From a bacterium (GTDB lineage: Bacteria > SAR324 > NAC60-12): a DNA stretch of 64,000 nt. The stretch is from contig CBDDTI010000745.1 of the NCBI GenBank assembly GCA_965233585.1, positions 448,001 to 512,000 of the forward strand, read 5' to 3'. The notes below the pieces were generated by a model. It had not been told where the DNA came from and ran no database searches. It worked only from the letters and a program-made list of their open reading frames with translations. Made by a program: the position numbers and the translations under genes. Positions 49,426 through 58,793 of the stretch are shown piece after piece (the stretch's first letter is position 1; every line of letters starts with the position of its first letter).

Positions 49426-49784
49426 GTATGGAAAAAGACGCACTCATCTTTGGAATCTTGGTTGAAAACTATTTGATTTTGTTGTGTATCATGGGTTGGA
49501 TTGCATACATGATTGGTCAGTCGTTAGCATCTCAATGGCGTACATGGCAACAAGCAATCCCGTATTGCCTTTTACTTTCGTGTTCAAATAATTTTTTAAT
49601 TCACGCTCTCTTTGAGGGCGAATTACTTTCTTTTTCTGCATTTTTGGTCACAGGTGTCGTTCTCATCACGGTTGCATGCGTCTCTTATCGCGTTTGCTAC
49701 GTGAAAAAAATGACCACTCAATATTGGTGGTTGTATGAAAAAACATCACCTCTTCAATTTTGCAAAAAAGAAAGCTCTCTTTGA
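49422..49784 (+). CDS. Small membrane protein of liv operons (DUF6867-like)
   Basis: GQSLASQWR, FLIHALFEGELLS, MTTQYWWLYEK. Located between livF and livK. Confidence 0.75.
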   Translation: MSMEKDALIFGILVENYLILLCIMGWIAYMIGQSLASQWRTWQQAIPYCLLLSCSNNFLIHALFEGELLSFSAFLVTGVVLITVACVSYRVCYVKKMTTQYWWLYEKTSPLQFCKKESSL

Positions 49785-49828
49785 GCTTTGGTACAAAGCT
49801 CTTTTTTTAACCTTTCTATAAATGGAAA

Positions 49829-50965
49829 ATGATGATGAAATCTTGGGTCAAATATGCCCAATCAACATTGGTGTTGATGGCATTAGGTGCTTCAGCGGCT
49901 TATGCTGAAAAAGAAATTGCAATGGCAGGTCCATTGACAGGTCAACTTGCCTCTTTTGGCGAACAACTGACACGTGGGGCAGAACTAGCTGTCAAACATG
50001 TCAATGAATCTGGTGGCGTGCTTGGTGAAAAGCTGTCTCTCTATCCAGGGGACGATGCTTGCGATCCCAAGCAAGCAGTTTCTGTTGCAAATAAAATTGC
50101 AACCAGAGGAATAGAATTTGTGGCAGGGCATTTCTGTTCAGGTTCTTCCATTCCTGCCTCTGCAGTGTATGCAGAAAATGGTGTCTTGATGATTACCCCC
50201 GCATCAACCAGTCCTAAATTGACTGATGATGCTTATGACAATGGCTGGGACACGATCTTGCGTGTGGCAGGTCGCGATGATAAGCAAGGAGAAACAGCAG
50301 GTGCATTTATCATCAAAAACTTCAAAGACAAAAATATTGCCATTTTGCATGATAAATCTGCCTTTGGTAAGGGTGTTGCTGATGAAACCCGCAAATACAT
50401 ACGAAGCAAAGGAAAAAAAGAAACCATGTATGAAGCCTACACTTCAGGCGAAAAGGACTTTTCTGCTCTTGTTTCTAAAATGAAACAGAAAAGAATCGGA
50501 GTCATTTATCTGGGTGGATACCATACAGAAGGAGGTTTGTTGTTACGTCAAGCCCGTTCACAAGGTTTGAAAGCCATGTTGATTGGACCTGATGCCCTAA
50601 ATAGCTCAGAATTTTGGAGCATCACAGGTGAATCAGGAGAAGGTGCATTGTTTACTTTTGCCCCTGACCCACGAGACAACAAAGAAGCACGCAAGATTGT
50701 CAAAGAATTTCAAGATTCTGGATATGATCCTGAAGGCTATACTTTGTACTCCTACATTGCAATCCGCTTGTGGGCTGATGCCGCAAACCGTGCAGGCACA
50801 ACTGATGCCTACAAACTTGCAGAGTTTCTAAGAGAAAACTCCTTCAAGTCCGTACTAGGAAAAATTGCATTTGACAAAAAAGGAGACATGAAAAACTTTC
50901 CTTTTGTTGTTTACAAGTGGACTAACGGAAAAACTGAACTTTATAAAGACAAATCTGGTTATTAG
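49829..50965 (+). CDS. livK: Branched-chain amino acid ABC substrate-binding protein
   Basis: GPLTG, DDACDPKQAVSVAN, GHFCSGSSIPAS. Confidence 0.93.
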   Translation: MMMKSWVKYAQSTLVLMALGASAAYAEKEIAMAGPLTGQLASFGEQLTRGAELAVKHVNESGGVLGEKLSLYPGDDACDPKQAVSVANKIATRGIEFVAGHFCSGSSIPASAVYAENGVLMITPASTSPKLTDDAYDNGWDTILRVAGRDDKQGETAGAFIIKNFKDKNIAILHDKSAFGKGVADETRKYIRSKGKKETMYEAYTSGEKDFSALVSKMKQKRIGVIYLGGYHTEGGLLLRQARSQGLKAMLIGPDALNSSEFWSITGESGEGALFTFAPDPRDNKEARKIVKEFQDSGYDPEGYTLYSYIAIRLWADAANRAGTTDAYKLAEFLRENSFKSVLGKIAFDKKGDMKNFPFVVYKWTNGKTELYKDKSGY

Positions 50966-50976
50966 GCATCTCAATT

Positions 50977-51010
50977 CTTTCTCTTCTGCTCATATTGGCA
51001 GAGGAGAAAG
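50977..51010 (+). terminator. Strong hairpin after livK (terminator or mRNA stabiliser)
   Basis: CTTTCTCTTCTGCT-CATATT-GGCAGAGGAGAAAG, 14-bp stem, no U-tract. Confidence 0.55.
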
Positions 51011-51135
51011 CTAACGACAAATCCTTTGCCATTCTACATTCCATCGTTGATTTATATTAACGAAAATGTTGTTGCTCATCCCTCTTGTTTTTAAAATGAT
51101 CATCACCTTCCTAAAAAACATTTTAGTTTAAAGCC

Positions 51136-52146
51136 ATGTCTAAATTCTTAATCAAACGTTTGAGTGTTTTAATTCCAGCTCTTTTAGGGGTTACGATTGC
51201 TTCTTTTGCATTTATTAGAATGCTACCGGGCGACCCTGTCTTGCTTATTGGTGGAGAACGAGGTCTTTCTGGCGAACGTTACGAACAGATCAAAATCCAA
51301 TATGGGTTTGACAAACCTATTTGGCAACAATACTTGATTTATTTGGGGAATTTATTTCAAGGAGATTTAGGCAAATCTATTGTGACTAAACAACCTGTCA
51401 TGGACGAGTTTTTTTCACTTTTTCCTGCAACAGTTGAAGTCTCTCTTGTTGCCTTAGTGCTTGCCGCTTTCATTGGCATTCCGCTAGGCGTTATTGCCGC
51501 TGTCAAAAAAGGAACAGTTTGGGATTATAGTGTGATGACCTTTTCACTGACAGGATTTTCTATGCCCATTTTCTGGTGGGCATTGTTATTGATTGTTCTA
51601 GTTTCAGGAATGTGGGGTTTGACTCCTGTTTCAGGCAGAATCAGTGTTTTGTTTTATGTAGAAGAAGTGACAGGATTTTTGACCATTGACAGCCTACTTA
51701 GCGATGAAGAAGGTGCGTTTTTGTCAACATTGCATCATCTAATCTTGCCATCAATCGTCTTGGCAACAATTCCAATGGCTTCTATTGCAAGGCAGACACG
51801 CTCTGCCATGTTGGAATCTCTACAAGAAGATTTTGTCAAAACAGCACGTTCCAAAGGAATCCCAGAATGGCGAGTGACCTATGTTCACTGCCTACGTAAC
51901 GCCATGGTACCAATCGTCACAGTACTGGGGTTGTCTATCAATGTCTTGTTTGCAGGTGCAGTCCTGACCGAAACCATCTTTTCGTGGCCCGGCATCGGTA
52001 AATGGATGGTTGATGCCATCTACCGCAGAGACTACCCTTCAGTACAAGGTGGGCTTCTCTTAATTGCTTGTATCACTATTTTTATGAATCTACTAGTTGA
52101 TCTTTCTTATGGCTTAATCAACCCGCGTATCCGTGAAATGAAGTGA
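51136..52146 (+). CDS. dppB: Dipeptide ABC permease DppB
   Basis: LPGDP, FPATVE, SMPIFWW, TARSKG (EAA loop), ETIFSWPGIG. Confidence 0.95.
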   Translation: MSKFLIKRLSVLIPALLGVTIASFAFIRMLPGDPVLLIGGERGLSGERYEQIKIQYGFDKPIWQQYLIYLGNLFQGDLGKSIVTKQPVMDEFFSLFPATVEVSLVALVLAAFIGIPLGVIAAVKKGTVWDYSVMTFSLTGFSMPIFWWALLLIVLVSGMWGLTPVSGRISVLFYVEEVTGFLTIDSLLSDEEGAFLSTLHHLILPSIVLATIPMASIARQTRSAMLESLQEDFVKTARSKGIPEWRVTYVHCLRNAMVPIVTVLGLSINVLFAGAVLTETIFSWPGIGKWMVDAIYRRDYPSVQGGLLLIACITIFMNLLVDLSYGLINPRIREMK

Positions 52147-52155
52147 TTTTTTGAT

Positions 52156-53130
52156 ATGGAACAACAAGACTTTGACTTTTCTAAGTGTCTTTCCTTTGAA
52201 GACAAGAAAGCCAATTTGTTGTTAAGCCTTCAAGGTCACAGGTCAAAATATAAACGATTGGCATTGTCTCCGATACGTTATGCAGGTGGCAAAAGTTTGG
52301 CAGTTGGCTATGTGATAGAGGAACTTCCTCAAGTCAAAAGAATCATCTCTCCATTTTTTGGTGGGGGCAGTGTGGAAATTGCCATTGCCCAAAAATTAGG
52401 TATTGAGGTCATTGGTAGTGACATTAACATAGACTTGGCGAATTATTGGCATCATCAAATCAATGAACCTGCAGTACTTTATGAAGGACTAAATAATCTT
52501 GAACCCACTAAAAAAGAATATAATCGTGTCAAAGAAATTTGCAAATTACATAGAAAAGGTCAACTTGAATTGTCTAAGTTAGACCAAGCTGTTTATTTTT
52601 TCTTCAATCATAATTTGTCCTATGGACCTTCTTACATAGGTTGGGCATCAAATGTTTACTTGAATGAAGGCAAGTATCAAAAAATGCTAGAAAAGGTAAG
52701 AGATTTTGATGCGACTATTCAAGTTACTTGTGAGACTTTTGAAGTCATGTTTCAAAAATACCCAAATGACTTTTTCTATTGTGATCCTCCTTACTTTCTA
52801 AAACAAGATGATTCAACTAGCCAAATGTTTGCAGGAATTTACCCAGAACGTAATAATCCTTTTCATCATAAAAATTTTGACCATGAAAAACTGCGAGATT
52901 TATTAAATCAACATCAAGGAGGCTTCATTGTTTCTTATAACGATTGCTCAAAAAGTAGAGAGTATTATAAAGACTATACTTTAAAGTATCCTTCTTGGCA
53001 GTACACGATGGGGCAGGGAGAAACCAGAATCTCAAAAATTCTAGGAAACAGAGATATTGAAAACAATCATTCTCATATTAAAAAATCACACGAAGTACTG
53101 ATACTTTCCTCATTGGAAGCTCTCCGATAA
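52156..53130 (+). CDS. DNA adenine methyltransferase (D12/Dam-like class), no adjacent REase
   Basis: SPIRYAGGKS, SPFFGGGS (motif I), YCDPPY (motif IV). Confidence 0.92.
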   Translation: MEQQDFDFSKCLSFEDKKANLLLSLQGHRSKYKRLALSPIRYAGGKSLAVGYVIEELPQVKRIISPFFGGGSVEIAIAQKLGIEVIGSDINIDLANYWHHQINEPAVLYEGLNNLEPTKKEYNRVKEICKLHRKGQLELSKLDQAVYFFFNHNLSYGPSYIGWASNVYLNEGKYQKMLEKVRDFDATIQVTCETFEVMFQKYPNDFFYCDPPYFLKQDDSTSQMFAGIYPERNNPFHHKNFDHEKLRDLLNQHQGGFIVSYNDCSKSREYYKDYTLKYPSWQYTMGQGETRISKILGNRDIENNHSHIKKSHEVLILSSLEALR

Positions 53131-54125
53131 TGCAAAAAAATTATGATTGTCTTGTCTTCATTGGCAGATTCCAGATTTTTCATCATGGACATCTGCAAGT
53201 CGTCAAAGAAGCCTTCCAACACACTCATCACCTCCTGATTCTGATTGGTTCTGTGAACATGCCACGGACTGCAAGAAACCCCTTTACATTTGAGGAACGC
53301 AAAGAGATGCTTTTGAACACATGTGCGTCCTTCAAACAACAACTGACTATTTTGCCACTGGAAGACTGCCTGTACAACGAAGCCAAATGGATTTGCCAAG
53401 TGCAAAAACTCATTGCAGAGTATTCCAAAGGGGAGAGAATCGGTTTGATTGGTCATCGGCAAAAAAACACAGCATTCTTTCATCGTTTGTTCCCTGATTT
53501 AGAATCAGTGGAGGCTTCTCATGTGGAAGGGGTCAGCTCTGCCTCTTTGCGAAAAATGTTTTTAGAAGGTCATTTGCCTGATTGTGTTCCTGATGCGGTT
53601 AAGTTACTCCTTGCTCAATTCTTAAAAACAGAACATTACCAGCAAATCCAAGAAGATTATCAATTTGTCCAAAGCTATGACAAGGTTTGGGAAACTGCCC
53701 CTTATGTGCCTATCTTCATCACTGTAGATTCACTTGTTGTGCAATCAGGGTATTTGTTATTGGTAGAAAGAAGGTCTCGTCCGGGTGTGGGATTATGGTC
53801 ATTGCCCGGTCGGTTTTTACAGTCCAAGCAAACGGTTCTTGAATCCGCTCTTTCTCATTTAAAAGATGACGTCCGTTTGAAAGTTCCAATTCCTGTCTTG
53901 AAAGGGTCTCATCACACTTCACGTGTATTTGATGACCCCCATCGCTCAACAAAAGGTCGTGCCATCTCACATACATTGATGTTTGCATTGCATAATGAGA
54001 CGTCCCTGCCTAAAGTCAAAGGCAAACATTCCAAAGTATTCTGGGCAAAATTAAGTGACGTCTCTCGTCAAAAAATGTTTGATGACCACTATGACATCAT
54101 TCAAAATATGCTTCCTTTACTTTAG
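53130..54125 (+). CDS. NadM-type NMN adenylyltransferase fused to a Nudix domain (Nudix box degenerate)
   Basis: IGRFQIFHHGH, RNPFTFEER, APYVPIFITVD, FDDPHRS, MFDDHYDII. Confidence 0.88.
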   Translation: MQKNYDCLVFIGRFQIFHHGHLQVVKEAFQHTHHLLILIGSVNMPRTARNPFTFEERKEMLLNTCASFKQQLTILPLEDCLYNEAKWICQVQKLIAEYSKGERIGLIGHRQKNTAFFHRLFPDLESVEASHVEGVSSASLRKMFLEGHLPDCVPDAVKLLLAQFLKTEHYQQIQEDYQFVQSYDKVWETAPYVPIFITVDSLVVQSGYLLLVERRSRPGVGLWSLPGRFLQSKQTVLESALSHLKDDVRLKVPIPVLKGSHHTSRVFDDPHRSTKGRAISHTLMFALHNETSLPKVKGKHSKVFWAKLSDVSRQKMFDDHYDIIQNMLPLL

Positions 54126-54211
54126 TCATCAAGTCAAAAAAATGTTTGATGAATCTCAAGTGTTGTTAGTGAAATGAGACCCTTCACAACAACAAACGTT
54201 ATCTTAAAAAG

Positions 54212-55681
54212 TTGTCTTACTCAATGACAAGCAAACTATTATTTGAGACTAAAAACTTGGGGCTGTTCCGTAAAAAATGGATTCTACGCAACGTCTCTTG
54301 GCAGGTGAATCGTGGTGAACATTGGGCAGTCATTGGTCATAACGGCAGCGGTAAATCTTCATTACTCAAAGTCCTCAAAGGCTCTTTGTATTATTCTGAA
54401 GGTTCATTGCAAAAATGCGAAAACCTGCATCACCAAACCAAACTTCTTTCCTTTGACACCCAACTCCAGTTACTGCAAAAAACCATGATTGACGACCAAG
54501 CCAAAGCATTTTCTGAATCCTTTCAAGACATTCAGGTCAATGATGTTTTGCAAAAGGAATCCACATGCAAATTGGTTGAGAAATTTGCCATTCATCATTT
54601 GCTACAACAACCCATCACAGCATTATCCAATGGAGAAACCCGAAAAGTCTTAATTGTCAAAGCGTTATTCAATTCTCCCAAATTAGTCATACTAGATGAA
54701 CCCTTTGAGGGATTAGATACTTCATCTCAAAAAGATTTTGCGAAATGGCTAGAAGGTATGGTTCACACCACAACCTTTATTTTGGCTTCACATCGCTTTG
54801 ATGACATTCCTGCTTTTTTGACGCATGCTCTGTGTCTGAAACAAGGACAAGTTTATGACCAAGGGAATCGCGACAAAATTTTGCAAAAGACAAGAATTGC
54901 AGAGTTTTACGGAGAACCTCAGCAAGTGGCTAGTCTTGACATTCCCAAGCCATTACAACATATTGACAAATCAACTTTAGTAGAGATGATTAATGTCAAT
55001 GTGTCTTATGGTCAAAAAAGTATTTTGAAGGATTTTAATTGGAGGGTTTCTTCAGGCGACCAGTGGCAAATCATTGGAGCAAATGGCACAGGCAAATCCA
55101 CATTGGTCAAGTTAATTTATGGCAGTTGTTTACAAGTTCATTCAAACGAAGTTTACCTTTTTGGCAAGAGAAGAGGCAAAGGCGAGTCTCTTGAAGAATT
55201 ACGGTCAAGCATAGGTTTGTTGTCTCCTGAACTTCATTTGACATACGATGCTCATGTTCCCACTCAAACCTCTATTTACGCTGTCATTTTGTCTGGTTTT
55301 TTTGACTCCATTGGACTTTATCAAACGCCAAACAACAAACAACAAGAAATCGCAAATCAATGGTTGGAAGTTTTTCAACTTTTAGACTGGAAAAAAGAAA
55401 GGTTTTCACAGCTTTCATACGGTCAAAAGATGTTGTGCTTGCTCGTACGTGCATTGGTCAAAAGCCCCAAACTTTTAATCCTTGACGAACCTTGTCAGGG
55501 AATGGACTACGCAACACGCACACAAGTCTTACAAAAAATTGACCTTGCCATTGCGACTTTTAGCCTCACAACCCTCTACATCACTCACAACAGAGAAGAC
55601 CAACTACAAAGCACCAATCAATATCTTCATTTGACCAAATCAAACACGAAAACTTTTGGAGATTCTCATCACCTCAACTAG
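54212..55681 (+). CDS. modF: ModF-like double ABC ATPase
   Basis: Two Walker A motifs (GHNGSGKS, GANGTGKS), LSNGETRK, LFGKRRG.GE, ILSGFFDSIG, DEPCQG. Confidence 0.8.
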   Translation: MSYSMTSKLLFETKNLGLFRKKWILRNVSWQVNRGEHWAVIGHNGSGKSSLLKVLKGSLYYSEGSLQKCENLHHQTKLLSFDTQLQLLQKTMIDDQAKAFSESFQDIQVNDVLQKESTCKLVEKFAIHHLLQQPITALSNGETRKVLIVKALFNSPKLVILDEPFEGLDTSSQKDFAKWLEGMVHTTTFILASHRFDDIPAFLTHALCLKQGQVYDQGNRDKILQKTRIAEFYGEPQQVASLDIPKPLQHIDKSTLVEMINVNVSYGQKSILKDFNWRVSSGDQWQIIGANGTGKSTLVKLIYGSCLQVHSNEVYLFGKRRGKGESLEELRSSIGLLSPELHLTYDAHVPTQTSIYAVILSGFFDSIGLYQTPNNKQQEIANQWLEVFQLLDWKKERFSQLSYGQKMLCLLVRALVKSPKLLILDEPCQGMDYATRTQVLQKIDLAIATFSLTTLYITHNREDQLQSTNQYLHLTKSNTKTFGDSHHLN

Positions 55682-55687
55682 ACAACT

Positions 55688-55773
55688 AAAAGCGTATTTG
55701 ATAAAATGGGCACCTCCCAAATTTTGAGGCAAAAGCGTATTTGATAAAATGGGCACCTCCCAAATTTTGAGGC
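55688..55773. repeat. Exact tandem duplication, 2 x 43 bp
   Basis: AAAAGCGTATTTGATAAAATGGGCACCTCCCAAATTTTGAGGC at 55688-55730 and 55731-55773. Confidence 0.95.
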
Positions 55774-55817
55774 AAGAGTCGTTTTTAGGTCATTTTAAAT
55801 TTAGAAGTCATTGAATC

Positions 55818-56603
55818 ATGTTTGTACTAACATTTTTTGAAAGATACACATATCCAAAAGCGATAGCGTTTTCTTTCGTGACTGCAGTTTTGTTGATACC
55901 CGCGTTTTTAGGCGGACAAGCTCTTTTCGGAAAGGGTGTAACTTTTGGTCTTTGGTTACTGTCGGTGAAATTTGTCATGGCATTTGGATTCGGATTAATG
56001 CTATACAAAGCCAATGTATTGGGAGTGCTAAACAACTGGTCATTTAATAAACGGCAGTTGTTGGTCATTGCTCTTCCTTTTTTGGCAATCCTTTTACCTG
56101 CATTTTTAGTCAATGGTTGGAGTATTCGTGAAGGACGTCCTATCTTCATTGTCTTATTGTCCAATCAATCCACAGGATTTTTAGAAGAACTTCAATTCCG
56201 TGCAGTCTTATTGCTAGCAATGTTTTATGTTTATTTAAAATCGGGTGATGAAAAGTGCATTGTGAAAGTTGTGCTTGTAACTGCAGTGGGGTTTGGAGTG
56301 ATGCACAGCATGAATATACTAGCTGGCATGCCATTGTCACATGTTCTTTATCAGGTCACTTTTACTACTGCTATGGGAATCGCTTATGCAATCTTTGTGG
56401 TGATCACACGTAATATTTGGATTATTGCAGTTTATCATGGTCTGTCTAACAGTTTAGACCCCGATGGAGCTTTTCCATTTATACCAGAAGAACATAACAC
56501 TTTGATTTTGAGCATCACTTTGGCAATATTGATGTTCGCACTATATGAACCACAAGACGCAAGGACAATTTTTGCTAAACTGAAATCAAGAGTCAAAATA
56601 TAA
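55818..56603 (+). CDS. CPBP (CAAX/Abi) intramembrane metalloprotease
   Basis: EELQFR, FGVMH and HGLSN motifs in a polytopic protein. Confidence 0.88.
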   Translation: MFVLTFFERYTYPKAIAFSFVTAVLLIPAFLGGQALFGKGVTFGLWLLSVKFVMAFGFGLMLYKANVLGVLNNWSFNKRQLLVIALPFLAILLPAFLVNGWSIREGRPIFIVLLSNQSTGFLEELQFRAVLLLAMFYVYLKSGDEKCIVKVVLVTAVGFGVMHSMNILAGMPLSHVLYQVTFTTAMGIAYAIFVVITRNIWIIAVYHGLSNSLDPDGAFPFIPEEHNTLILSITLAILMFALYEPQDARTIFAKLKSRVKI

Positions 56604-56695
56604 ATGTAGAGCAAGCCTGCAATGCTCAAAACAAGTTCTTCTCAAATTCATTTCACAATACAAAACTTGCGTTTTAGTCAATCTGACTAATATCC

Positions 56696-56724
56696 TAGAC
56701 ATTTTTGATTCTTCAAATTATAAT
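56696..56724 (+). promoter_or_regulatory. Sigma70 promoter of tRNA-Leu
   Basis: TAGACA-17 bp-TATAAT, 13 bp before the tRNA. Confidence 0.65.
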
Positions 56725-56737
56725 GTCTTCCTTTTAG

Positions 56738-56819
56738 GCGAGAGTGGCGGAATTGGTAGACGCACCAGATTTAGGATCTGGCGCCGCAAGGTGTGGGAGT
56801 TCGAGTCTCCCCTCTCGTA
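56738..56819 (+). tRNA. tRNA-Leu (anticodon TAG), CCA not encoded
   Basis: Acceptor GCGAGAG/CTCTCGT, D-loop GGAATTGGTAGAC, anticodon arm CCAGA-TTTAGGA-TCTGG, long variable arm, GTTCGAG T-loop. Confidence 0.97.
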
Positions 56820-56822
56820 TTT

Positions 56823-57248
56823 TCAACGTCGTGTTTTTCTTCTGCAACGTTTGTCCCAGTTGTCTCCTTCAATGCAGGGAGGATGCAGACTCCTGCCGTC
56901 ACAATAGAGTGATTTAGAATGTGGTAAAGAGTTTTGAATAGGCAAAGCGGCGATGTGTCCATTCAGAAAAAAAACAATCACGCCTTTCTCGGTGGCAACA
57001 ATCTTTGAAATTGGTGACTGCCTTGCATTCCCTAGCAAAACAGCATATTCAGGTTCATAAACAAGCTCACAGACTCGTCTTGCCTCTTGTTCTTCTGCCA
57101 GTGGGTAAAGATAGACAGGTGAACCACCAGAAGACGAACACCCAACTATGACCAATCCCACCAAATGAAATCTTATGTTCAACGACCTTGACCCTCGTGA
57201 AAAAAAAGCGTTGATTATTTTCTTTGCGTTACTTGCTCTCATTGTCAC
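56823..57248 (-). CDS. Hypothetical protein, possible lipoprotein (start uncertain)
   Basis: Internal LVGLVIVGC lipobox-like segment. The 5' part overlaps an opposite-strand ORF. Confidence 0.35.
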   Translation of the reverse strand: MTMRASNAKKIINAFFSRGSRSLNIRFHLVGLVIVGCSSSGGSPVYLYPLAEEQEARRVCELVYEPEYAVLLGNARQSPISKIVATEKGVIVFFLNGHIAALPIQNSLPHSKSLYCDGRSLHPPCIEGDNWDKRCRRKTRR

Positions 57249-57369
57249 CTACTTGGGAACACATAACATTGAATTTGAAAACACCGAAAGTCTGTTGGAA
57301 GAGCAAGACAGCTTGCAACAGTTCCCACCACCAACTGACCAACCCCGTTCATACGAAAGCTATTTATAA
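57175..57369 (+). CDS. Small single-TM hypothetical protein
   Basis: LDPREKK followed by a hydrophobic helix and an acidic tail. Confidence 0.5.
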   Translation: MFNDLDPREKKALIIFFALLALIVTYLGTHNIEFENTESLLEEQDSLQQFPPPTDQPRSYESYL

Positions 57370-57392
57370 AAAGTAGTTGTTTTGGGTTTATT

Positions 57393-58040
57393 TTATTTGC
57401 ATTCAACAGTTTGACCAGACTTATTTAATAGTTCCTTCCAATTTTCCATATGATGATTTTTAATTTCTGTTGAAGATTTTGCATCATTGATTAAGTTCTT
57501 AGTATACGTATCTAAAAATATTTTATAATCATCTATAAATCTCAAATAGTATTTAATGCTCATTAAAATACCATTAGCAATAATATCAATATTTTGAGTC
57601 ATTTTAATCTCCAAAATCAAATCATTTACCTCATTTTCAATTTTCTCATTTGCAAATCCATTTTTAAAAGTAGTCAAAATGTAGTAACGATCTACTTGAA
57701 CATTTTCTAATTTTTTGACAATATCCAAAATCAAATCTTTTGTAATAGGAATATTGTGCTTGATCTCAATGATTTCAAAAGGATTATCTTCGTAATCATA
57801 GATTTCTATATCTCCAAAGCTGTGTTTATCAGAGGCTGTATGAACTTCTAAAGGGATTAGCTTTTTGTACTTATATCTGGAGAGAACTGGAATTAAAATT
57901 TCATAAATAGAATAAATTGCAATCACAGGTAATCTTGAACTGGTTTTATTGCTAAAGTGTTTATCTAGCATTTCAAGAACCCCGTTAATATTTAAAGCCT
58001 CTTTAAGTTCTATTTTCTCAAGAGATTTAAAATTTTTTTC
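57393..58040 (-). pseudogene. 5'-truncated PD-(D/E)XK restriction endonuclease-like gene
   Basis: GDIEI...EIIEIKH catalytic-type motif and very AT-rich. The frame stays open for 23 codons upstream of the called ATG, right up to the IS end. Confidence 0.65.
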
Positions 58041-58110
58041 GGTATTGTTAAACTATAAGTGATATGCGATATTAAGTTCATTTAATTGAATTGATAGTCA
58101 TGGTGTAGCA

Positions 58111-58569
58111 ATGAAGTCGTGTCCTAGATGTGAAAGTGAGAAGATGGTTAAGAATGGTTTTTTATATGGTAAACCGAGGAGGCGTTGCAATGCCTGCAAC
58201 TATCAATATACCAAGTCCTATCGTGGTCAAATCTCACCACAGATCAAAAGAAGAGCATTAGAGTTGTATTTGGAGGGTCTTGGTTTCAGGTCAATCGGTC
58301 GTTTGCTGAATTGTTCTCATGTTTCAGTTTATAATTGGGTCTGTAGTTTTGGCGAACAGCTCAAGGCATTAAGAAAGGACACAGACATTGAAATTATGGA
58401 AATTGATGAAATGCACACCTACATCCAGTCAAAAAAAACTACTGCTGGCTCTGGATTGCTGTTGATAGATGTGGGAAGCAATTTATCAATTGTGTGCTTG
58501 GAAACAGAGACTCAAAAGCCTGTAGGCATTTATGGGACAAGGTCAAGGAAACAAAACCTCTTCAGGTGA
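58111..58569 (+). CDS. insA: IS1 InsA-like protein
   Basis: As copy 1, with two amino-acid differences. Confidence 0.88.
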   Translation: MKSCPRCESEKMVKNGFLYGKPRRRCNACNYQYTKSYRGQISPQIKRRALELYLEGLGFRSIGRLLNCSHVSVYNWVCSFGEQLKALRKDTDIEIMEIDEMHTYIQSKKTTAGSGLLLIDVGSNLSIVCLETETQKPVGIYGTRSRKQNLFR

Positions 58570-58793
58570 TGACTGATCACTGCAAGGCTTACAAACAAGT
58601 CATTCCCAAAGAAATTCATACATGTTCCAAGGCAGAAACATACACGATAGAAGGGTATAATTCTCTCTTGAGACATTTCTTGGCAAGAATGAGAAGGAAA
58701 ACCAAATGTTACAGCAAGTCTCTTAAAGCATTACAATATTCTGTTCTTTTGTTCATGGCAAAACGGAATAATCAGCTATCACTTATTACTTAA
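58494..58793 (+). CDS. insB: IS1 InsB-like DDE domain
   Basis: As copy 1. Confidence 0.88.
   Translation: MLGNRDSKACRHLWDKVKETKPLQVMTDHCKAYKQVIPKEIHTCSKAETYTIEGYNSLLRHFLARMRRKTKCYSKSLKALQYSVLLFMAKRNNQLSLIT

Noticed and set aside
55688..55773. CRISPR array
   Set aside because: Only two directly abutting copies with no spacer, and no cas genes.
56771..56962. 63-aa minus-strand ORF
   Set aside because: It is antisense to tRNA-Leu and has no protein-like features.
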